Assembly: GCF_014280175.1 (NCBI RefSeq)
Contig: NZ_CP047931.1
Coordinates: 60,001 to 92,000, forward strand
Length of the DNA: 32,000 bases
DNA from: Synechococcus sp. A15-28
GTDB lineage: Bacteria; Cyanobacteriota; Cyanobacteriia; PCC-6307; Cyanobiaceae
Reading direction: 5' to 3'
How positions within the stretch are numbered: position 1 is the first letter of the stretch; each line of letters starts with the position of its first letter. The notes under the pieces are model-generated. The model had not been told where the DNA came from and did not search any database. It was given only the letters and a program-made list of their open reading frames with translations. The translations under genes and the position numbers were made by a program. Below, piece after piece: positions 22,067-28,673 of the stretch.

Positions 22067-22875
22067 GCGTCGTTCCAGCGATCGTCTTGCCAGAGGGCCC
22101 GCTGATCGGGGTTGTCCAGCAGGTTGCGGGCAAGCTCTGGTAGCGAGTGAGATCGGATTGCTTCGATGGGAAACGGTTTAACCCCATTGAGCCGTCGCAC
22201 GGTCATCACCGCTTCATGTAATTCGGCCTGGCGACGATTGGTAGTTGCTTTGGGGTGTTTGCGATAGCTCACGTGTTCCTCATCGATGGCGCGGATGGTC
22301 ACGCCTGCCCGGGCCATACGCAGGTAGAGGTCATAATCTTCGGCCAAGCTGAGGCTGGGGCGAAAGCCGTCACCTGCCGCCTCGAAGGCTTTTACCGTGA
22401 AGGCAGTGCCGGGGTTGGTGATGAAGTTGATCATCTCCAGTAAGGCTGCAGTGAAGGGTTGCAGCACTTGTTTAGGACTGCCTGATGGGTGGGTCGCACT
22501 GAACAGGCGCACCCGGGTGTAGATCAACTGGGGGTGGTCAGGATCCAGCAGCTCCCTGCAGCGTGCGGCGCGGTGGGGGTGGTTGAGATCGTCGCTGTCA
22601 AAGGTGAGTAGGCGAGGACTTCGAGCTAGTGCAACGGCTTGGTTGCGAGCTGCGCTTACGCCCCTTTCGCCATCTGGTAGGCGGTAATAGCGCAGGCGGC
22701 TGTCATCGAAGGCTGCGACCAGAGCTAATAGGTCGGCGTTGTCGCTGTGGTCGTCCACCACCACCGCTTCCCAAGCGTCACAGCTTTGGGCCAGGCAGCT
22801 GGCAAGGGCTGCTTTGAGCTCCTCAGGCCGGTTACGGGCCGGGATCAAAAAGCTGACGGCGGGTGTCCAGGGCAT
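22063..22875 (-). CDS. glycosyltransferase family 2 protein
   Basis: VSFLIPARNRPEELKAALASCLAQ...VVVDDHSDN and a DxD-like FDSDD. GT-A fold pattern. Confidence 0.8.
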   Translation of the reverse strand: MPWTPAVSFLIPARNRPEELKAALASCLAQSCDAWEAVVVDDHSDNADLLALVAAFDDSRLRYYRLPDGERGVSAARNQAVALARSPRLLTFDSDDLNHPHRAARCRELLDPDHPQLIYTRVRLFSATHPSGSPKQVLQPFTAALLEMINFITNPGTAFTVKAFEAAGDGFRPSLSLAEDYDLYLRMARAGVTIRAIDEEHVSYRKHPKATTNRRQAELHEAVMTVRRLNGVKPFPIEAIRSHSLPELARNLLDNPDQRALWQDDRWNDA

Positions 22876-22976
22876 CGATGCGGTGGATCAACCAAAGCAT
22901 CATCTAATGCATGGCTGAGCAATTGACCATTGGGACCCTCGTGGGGCATAGTGAATAAGCCCTGAAGAGGACTACT

Positions 22977-23048
22977 GCGGATGTAGCTCAGTGGTAGAGC
23001 ATCTCCTTGCCAAGGAGAGGGTCGAGAGTTCGAATCTCTTCATCCGCT
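22977..23048 (+). tRNA. tRNA-Gly (anticodon GCC)
   Basis: Hand-folded cloverleaf:
- acceptor GCGGATG/CATCCGC
- D arm GCTC-AGTGGTA-GAGC
- anticodon arm TCTCC-TTGCCAA-GGAGA (anticodon GCC)
- T arm GAGAG-TTCGAAT-CTCTT (one G-U pair)
- discriminator T; no encoded CCA. Confidence 0.93.
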
Positions 23049-23177
23049 TATGTTAATAAAGTTATCTCTCTTGACATAGTTAGCTGTTAAGGGCGAGTTT
23101 CCTTTGAAGTATTTTAGACTATACTTAGATCAATTTATCTGGTAACTGTTCTGGCTGACCTAAGTCCAAAAAAGAAT

Positions 23178-24356
23178 TTGAATCTTGCTGATTCAAAAAC
23201 AGCACCTTCAAAATTAACTGCAAAGCAAAAAGCAGGAGATTTTGCTAACAAGTGGTTTGAACGCAACAGATCACTTGTCCTTAGGCAAACACCCTTTTGG
23301 GCTCAAAGCCTGGCAGCAATTTTAATATCCCTCGGTACTTTGAGTATTGTTGGGGGACTTATTTTTAGAATTGACGAGGTCGTCACTGTTACAGGCCAAC
23401 TTAAGTCGATCGGTGGAACTTTTGAGGCAGAGACTCCTGCGGGAGGTCGGATATCAGATGTTTTAGTTAGTAATGGTGATATAGTGGAAGCCGGAACTAT
23501 TCTCGTCAAATTCGATACGAGAAAAGCTGCTAAAGAAAAAGCAACACTAGAGAAGCTAATAAAACTGGAAAAGCTTGAATTGGATTCTCAGCTCAAAACA
23601 TTGAATAGCCAAAAGCTCACTGTTCAGAATAAACAAAATATTTTGGTAAAAAAATTAGATACCAAAACGTTAATTGCTGACGAAATGAAAACTTTGGTTG
23701 AAGTGGGTGGATATCAAAAAATTCAGTACTTGTCACAACTAGACCAGATCTTTGAGTTGAAAGGACAGATCTCTGATATGAACCAACAAATTTCTCGTAT
23801 AGAACTTCAATCCGATCAAATTACTTTGAGATCTAAGAAATCAATTGACCAAATGAACACAAGATTAAACGAAATTAAACTTCAACTTCAATACCAAATT
23901 GTTAAGGCTCCATCTTCTGGTGTGGTTTTTGATTTGAAAGCATCAGAAGGGTCTGTTATGCAACCTGGCGAGAGGATAGTTTCTATTGTGCCTCAGAAAG
24001 GATTCTATGCTGAAATATTTGTCCCTAATCAAGACATAGGCTTTATCAAGCCAGGTCAGTCTGCAAAAGTTCGTGTAGATGCCTTCCCTTTTACCAGATA
24101 CGGTGAGATTGATGGAGAAGTCGATACTATTGGAGCAGATGCCTTAGAGCCTGATAATATAAGGGAGTATTATAAATTTCCAGTTACGCTTTCATTAACG
24201 AAAAATTATCTCGAATCGAAGGATGTTCGAATCCCCTTAAAGTCTGGCATGTCAATCACCACTAATTTAAAATTGCGTGATAAGCGAGTTATTAGCCTTT
24301 TAAGTGATCTTTTAGTCGACCAGACAGATAGCGTTAAAAGCATTCGTCAACAGTAA
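23178..24356 (+). CDS. HlyD-family membrane fusion (periplasmic adaptor) protein of a type I secretion-like exporter
   Basis: Single N-terminal TM segment (SLAAILISLGTLSIVGGLIF), a lipoyl-like hairpin (VTVTGQLKS...GDIVEAGTILVKFD), a long coiled-coil middle, and a C-terminal beta-barrel ending GMSITTNLKLRDKRVISLL. It starts at a TTG with no upstream in-frame ATG. Confidence 0.85.
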   Translation: MNLADSKTAPSKLTAKQKAGDFANKWFERNRSLVLRQTPFWAQSLAAILISLGTLSIVGGLIFRIDEVVTVTGQLKSIGGTFEAETPAGGRISDVLVSNGDIVEAGTILVKFDTRKAAKEKATLEKLIKLEKLELDSQLKTLNSQKLTVQNKQNILVKKLDTKTLIADEMKTLVEVGGYQKIQYLSQLDQIFELKGQISDMNQQISRIELQSDQITLRSKKSIDQMNTRLNEIKLQLQYQIVKAPSSGVVFDLKASEGSVMQPGERIVSIVPQKGFYAEIFVPNQDIGFIKPGQSAKVRVDAFPFTRYGEIDGEVDTIGADALEPDNIREYYKFPVTLSLTKNYLESKDVRIPLKSGMSITTNLKLRDKRVISLLSDLLVDQTDSVKSIRQQ

Positions 24357-25081
24357 TGAACTCTGATTTAATTGATCCCTTGCCGCATGAGTGGATTACT
24401 TCTTCTCGATCTCAATACTTAACTACTTTTATTAATCCACTTGGTGCAATTTTAAAAGATTCAGGTGCTCTTGAGTCAGTTTTGTCTTACTGGATCGTTG
24501 ATGAAATTATATTTGAATATAATGTCAAACATAGTAATTTTAAGTTCTTGACTGATAAAAAGTCTGATCCTTTTGATCAATCGCAAAGCAATGAAGATCA
24601 AAAATATTCAAGGTTAGACACTATACTTCTTTGGTCTAAAGATAAGTGGTATCATCGTGTTGAAACATTATACCTTGAAAATAAAGATAAGTTAGATTTG
24701 ATTAGCTTTAAAATGATTAGAGTGAAGAGCAAAGAATTTGCCTACGAGATTTACCATCGTTTAAAAGCAGATGAAGCTAGCTTTGAGGAATTGTCTTTAC
24801 GCTATGGACAAGGCCCTGAAAAAAGAATCGGGGGCAAATGCAAAATCCAAACATCTGAGTCGATACCAAAAATCTTAGTAGAATCTGTCAAGAAATCATC
24901 TCAGGGTGATATTCTTAAGCCTATCCCCTATGGTAAGCAATTTGCAGTCATCGAATTTGATCAATGGCAGTCAGCCCAACTGGATGAAAAGACGGAATCA
25001 ATTCTGTTGCAAAGCGAATTTGAGAGCTGGTCAAAATCTATTATAAATTACATTTTAAATCATATCTTAATTTTAAATTGA
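24356..25081 (+). CDS. small protein with C-terminal parvulin (PpiC-type rotamase)-like domain, probably degenerate
   Basis: Residues ~115-205 (ISFKMIRVKSKEFAYEIYHRLKADEASFEELSLRYGQGPEKRIGGKCK...GDILKPIPYGKQFAVIEF) follow the parvulin pattern (HILV..A..i...l..G.dF..lA..yS......GG.lG.......G.is.P......G.hii). The first conserved His position is not His. Start and stop overlap both neighbours. Confidence 0.55.
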   Translation: MNSDLIDPLPHEWITSSRSQYLTTFINPLGAILKDSGALESVLSYWIVDEIIFEYNVKHSNFKFLTDKKSDPFDQSQSNEDQKYSRLDTILLWSKDKWYHRVETLYLENKDKLDLISFKMIRVKSKEFAYEIYHRLKADEASFEELSLRYGQGPEKRIGGKCKIQTSESIPKILVESVKKSSQGDILKPIPYGKQFAVIEFDQWQSAQLDEKTESILLQSEFESWSKSIINYILNHILILN

Positions 25082-28041
25082 CTATCATGATTGAAGGAAT
25101 TATTAAGAAACTTTCTTCTCAGCATCCTTATGACAAGCTTGAATCTACGCAAAGAGATTTCTTATTTGCAAATTCTGAACTAGTCAGATATAGACCTGGA
25201 GAGCTTATATTGAGACCTGACGAATTACCTAGTCAATTAGTACTAGTTCTTGATGGAGCCGTAAGGTTACTCTCAAACTCGCCAACTGATGATCAAGATG
25301 TAGTTACTTTAGATATCCGCGGTTCTGGTCAGCTCATAGGTTGGTCTTCATTGTTGCGTGCAGGATCTTGTGAATGGGTTATAGCTTCTCAAGAAACTAC
25401 TGTTGTCAGGTTCGGGGCGTCAAATTTTGTTAGTACGATAATTTCCTCTCAGGTGTTTAGAGAATTCTTTGGTGAGCTTTCCAATATCCATGAATCAATT
25501 TATGTTTTACGACAAATATTTAAATCAAAGTATAAGCTTGCCGAGGGTGCTTTTAAAAACTACTCGGAAATTGTACAAAATGTTCGTGTTATCAGCCTGA
25601 TGCCAGGTTGTAAGTTTAGCTATAAAGACAGTGATTATGAATGGTTTTTAAGTACAGAAAATGTTCCTTCGTTACCCGTTGGTAGTAAAATTGATAACGG
25701 CGACGAGCTAAACGTTAAAGAAGGTTTTAATCTGCCATACAGATTGGTTGGCTTTAGCCTGAAAGTCGATAAGGGTATTGGAAATAATTTAGCTTCGCCG
25801 CATAATGCTGTTATAAATAACTTCGATCTTGAAAGTAAGCCTGGATCTTCTCTCTCTAAATTAGGGATAATTGAAAATGAATCGTTAGAGCTGGAAGATA
25901 AGTTTCCAGCCATCAAAGGCTTCGGTCCTTTGAAAGAAGCCTTGGCTGCGGTGGAAATGGTTGCACTAATGGAGAAAACACCTTTCAAAAGAGATATACT
26001 TGAAAAAATATTAGAAGAACAATTTCGCAGAAATAAGCCATTGTCTTTAGAACTTCTTGCTCGCCTTTGTGAACTTCTTGGATTAACGTGTCAAATAGGT
26101 GGAGTCAATACGAAATATATTGACAGTATTGAACTTCCCTCCCTTATGATGTATGAGGATGTTCCAATTGTTGTTTACTCATTTGTTGGTAAAAAAGCCT
26201 TAATTGGCCATCCGCATAACGGGATTACTAAGGTCGATATAGATGATTTCATAAATAAACTACCTGAGAAATGTCGCTTTGCCACCCCTAAAAGAATTGG
26301 AAGTACGCCCAGAAGTAAGTTTGGATGGAATTGGTTTACACCTCTACTCAGTAAATATAAAAAAGCTTTAACACTGGTTTTTGTTTCTTCATTGCTCGCT
26401 CAGTTGTTTGGCCTTGGTGTTCCGCTTCTAATACAACAAATTATTGATAAAGTCCTTAGTCAGGGAAATTTAAGTAGTCTCAATGTACTTGGCGGGACAA
26501 TGATAGTGCTCGCACTTTTCCAGGGTATCCTTACAGCATTGCGTACATACATATTCGTTGATACAACCGATCGGATGGATTTGACACTTGGAAGCGCAGT
26601 AATTGATCGCTTATTAGCACTCCCTCTTGGATTTTTTGAAAAAAGACCTGTAGGTGAATTAAGCCAAAGAATAGGAGAACTCAACACAATTCGCGGATTC
26701 TTGACCGGCACTGCGTTAGTAAGCGTGTTAAATATAATATTTGCTTCGTTATACTTGGTGGTCATGATAATATACTCGCCTCTTCTGACTGCAGTTAGTT
26801 TAAGCACTTTGCCTGTCTACTTTCTAATTGTTTTTGTTGTAGCCCCTATATATAAGGGTCTTATCCGAAAAAGAGCTATTGCACAAGCAAAAACTCAAAG
26901 TCATCTTATTGAGGTGCTAGGTGGTATTCAAACTGTCAAAGCGCAACACTTTGAGTTAACTGCTAGATGGAAATGGCAAGATCGCTACAGACAATTTGTC
27001 AATGAAGGCTTTAAGAGTGTTGCTCTGGGAACAACCTCAGGAGTAATAGGTTCCTTTTTGAATCAATTAAGCAGTCTATTAGTCCTATGGGTTGGAATGT
27101 GGCTTGTTCTTGAAGGAGAACTCACACTAGGTATGTTGATTGCTTTTAGAATTATAAGCGGAAATGTTACTAATCCTTTGTTGCAACTTTCTGGCCTTTA
27201 TCAAGGTTTTCAAACTGTGCAATTGGCTATGGAGCGACTTTCGGATATTTTGGATCAAAATCCTGAACTTTCTAATGAAGATGATTTAAATCAGATATCG
27301 TTGCCCCCAATTGTTGGTTCTATTAGATATGAAGATGTCTGTTTTAGGTTTGGCAAAAATGGTCCTTATCAGGTAGACAAAGTTTCTTTGTCTATTGCAG
27401 CTGGAGACTTCATCGGAATTGTGGGTCAGAGTGGTAGCGGAAAAAGTACACTTGTTAAATTACTTCCGAGGCTCTATTCTCTTAATCAAGGTAGATTGTT
27501 TATAGATGATTACGATATTGAAAAAGTCAATCTTTCGAGTTTGAGGAGGCAAATAGGAATTGTCCCCCAAGATTCACTTTTGTTTGAGGGTACTGTAGCT
27601 GATAATATAGCCTTGAATGACCCTCAAGCTACTAATGATTCAATAATTGCAGCCGCAAAAATTGCTTGTGCTCATGATTTTATTATGAGTTTAGGACAAG
27701 GTTATGCTACTCCTCTCTCTGAGAGAGGTAGTAACCTTAGTGGTGGGCAACGTCAAAGAATTGCGATAGCAAGAACTATTCTTTCAAATCCTAGACTACT
27801 TATTATGGATGAAGCTACAAGTGCACTTGATTACAATACTGAGAAACAGTTGTGTGCTAATCTTCAAAGTTGGGCTCAAGATCGTACAGTACTTTTTATT
27901 ACACATCGCCTAAGCACTATTCGTAATAGTGACCTTATTCTTGTTATGCATGAGGGAAGACTTGTTGAACAAGGCAGTCATCAGCAACTAATGGATCTTG
28001 GAGAGAGATATTGCGCATTATTTAAGCAACAAGGAAATTAA
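25078..28041 (+). CDS. ABC exporter (fused TMD-NBD) with N-terminal cNMP-binding-like domain and catalytically inactive C39-like domain
   Basis: - Residues ~25-125: CAP/cNMP-type beta-barrel pattern.
- Residues ~276-400: C39-peptidase-like fold pattern without the catalytic Cys or His.
- Six-TM ABC_membrane region.
- NBD with Walker A GQSGSGKST, signature LSGGQRQRIAIAR and Walker B LLIMDEATSALD.
- Start is either TTG at 25078 (overlapping the upstream stop) or ATG at 25087. Confidence 0.88.
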   Translation: MTIMIEGIIKKLSSQHPYDKLESTQRDFLFANSELVRYRPGELILRPDELPSQLVLVLDGAVRLLSNSPTDDQDVVTLDIRGSGQLIGWSSLLRAGSCEWVIASQETTVVRFGASNFVSTIISSQVFREFFGELSNIHESIYVLRQIFKSKYKLAEGAFKNYSEIVQNVRVISLMPGCKFSYKDSDYEWFLSTENVPSLPVGSKIDNGDELNVKEGFNLPYRLVGFSLKVDKGIGNNLASPHNAVINNFDLESKPGSSLSKLGIIENESLELEDKFPAIKGFGPLKEALAAVEMVALMEKTPFKRDILEKILEEQFRRNKPLSLELLARLCELLGLTCQIGGVNTKYIDSIELPSLMMYEDVPIVVYSFVGKKALIGHPHNGITKVDIDDFINKLPEKCRFATPKRIGSTPRSKFGWNWFTPLLSKYKKALTLVFVSSLLAQLFGLGVPLLIQQIIDKVLSQGNLSSLNVLGGTMIVLALFQGILTALRTYIFVDTTDRMDLTLGSAVIDRLLALPLGFFEKRPVGELSQRIGELNTIRGFLTGTALVSVLNIIFASLYLVVMIIYSPLLTAVSLSTLPVYFLIVFVVAPIYKGLIRKRAIAQAKTQSHLIEVLGGIQTVKAQHFELTARWKWQDRYRQFVNEGFKSVALGTTSGVIGSFLNQLSSLLVLWVGMWLVLEGELTLGMLIAFRIISGNVTNPLLQLSGLYQGFQTVQLAMERLSDILDQNPELSNEDDLNQISLPPIVGSIRYEDVCFRFGKNGPYQVDKVSLSIAAGDFIGIVGQSGSGKSTLVKLLPRLYSLNQGRLFIDDYDIEKVNLSSLRRQIGIVPQDSLLFEGTVADNIALNDPQATNDSIIAAAKIACAHDFIMSLGQGYATPLSERGSNLSGGQRQRIAIARTILSNPRLLIMDEATSALDYNTEKQLCANLQSWAQDRTVLFITHRLSTIRNSDLILVMHEGRLVEQGSHQQLMDLGERYCALFKQQGN

Positions 28042-28258
28042 TTGACAGAAATATCCTAAGGGTTTAAAAGCTGCTATGAATAATAATGGCGTAAATCATT
28101 AATCGTTAAGGGAATTATATATAAACATGTCATTAACTTAAGGCTGATATTGATCAAGCCTGGTTGATGTTGATTGTGAAAGGTGTCTTCGAGCTGCACG
28201 TCCCACAATTCCTCGACAAGGGGATATTGAGTGATGATGAAGAGTGAAGAACAAGCAA

Positions 28259-28290
28259 TAAAACCCCCTCTCTTTCTAAGAGAGAGGGGG
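28259..28290 (-). terminator. rho-independent terminator (distal, unit 1 copy)
   Basis: Perfect 10-bp stem CCCCCTCTCT (28264-28273) / AGAGAGGGGG (28281-28290) with a 7-nt loop. On the minus strand it is followed by TTTTATT. Confidence 0.8.
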
Positions 28291-28430
28291 CGAAATCAAT
28301 CAATGATTGATCAGTCTGATATTGATCAAGCCTGGTTGATGCTGATTGTGAAAGGTGTCTTCGAGCTGCACGTCCCACAATTCCTCGACAAGGGGATATT
28401 GAGTGATGATGAAGAGTGAAGAACAAGCAA

Positions 28431-28460
28431 TAAAAACCCCTCTCTGAGAAAGAGAGGAGG
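28431..28460 (-). terminator. rho-independent terminator (unit 2 copy)
   Basis: 9-bp stem CCCCTCTCT (28437-28445) pairing with AGAGAGG-A-GG (28451-28460, one bulged A) and a 5-nt loop. On the minus strand it is followed by TTTTTA. Confidence 0.7.
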
Positions 28461-28603
28461 GGGCGGAATCAATCAATGATTGATCAGTCTGATATTGATC
28501 AAGCCTGGTTGATGCTGATTGTGAAAGGTGTCTTCGAGCTGCACGTCCCACAATTCCTCGACAAGGGGATATTTAGTGATGATGAAGAGTGAAGAACAAG
28601 CAA

Positions 28604-28636
28604 TAAAAAAACCCCCTCTCTTAGAAAGAGAGGGGG
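28604..28636 (-). terminator. rho-independent terminator (proximal, unit 3) downstream of the Ca-binding-repeat protein gene
   Basis: Perfect 10-bp GC-rich stem CCCCCTCTCT (28612-28621) / AGAGAGGGGG (28627-28636) with a 5-nt loop. On the minus strand it is followed by TTTTTTTATT. Confidence 0.85.
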
Positions 28637-28673
28637 AGTTGTATCAATCAATGATTGATCAGGCTGATATTGA

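Noticed and set aside
23071-23076. Consensus TTGACA hexamer downstream of the tRNA as the promoter of the HlyD operon.
   Set aside because: No acceptable -10 element lies at 16-18 nt (CGAGTT). The TATACT at 23120-23125 lacks a good -35. The operon promoter therefore cannot be called from sequence alone.
23178-28041. Interpretation of the HlyD/ABC operon as a double-glycine-leader bacteriocin or lanthipeptide (prochlorosin-type) export and processing system.
   Set aside because: By eye the C39-like domain lacks the catalytic Cys and His. No LanM or other modification enzyme is present, and no GG-leader precursor genes are visible. The adjacent Ca-binding-repeat protein is a more natural cargo.
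28231-28419. The longer 62-aa plus-strand version (MMMKSEEQAIKPPLFLRERG...) of the repeated small ORF.
   Set aside because: The N-terminal extension is translated from the hairpin. It is in frame only for units 1->2 and 3->4. In unit 2->3 the same start terminates after 13 codons (MMKSEEQAIKTPL*). Only the 38-aa core is reproducibly open.
28154-28551. Minus-strand track ORFs 28154-28426 (90 aa) and 28300-28551 (83 aa) within the repeat array.
   Set aside because: They read straight through the terminator hairpins and change frame from unit to unit because the unit length is not a multiple of 3. They have no ATG within a unit. They are better explained as duplicated 3'-end fragments (…FTININQA*) of the adjacent gene.
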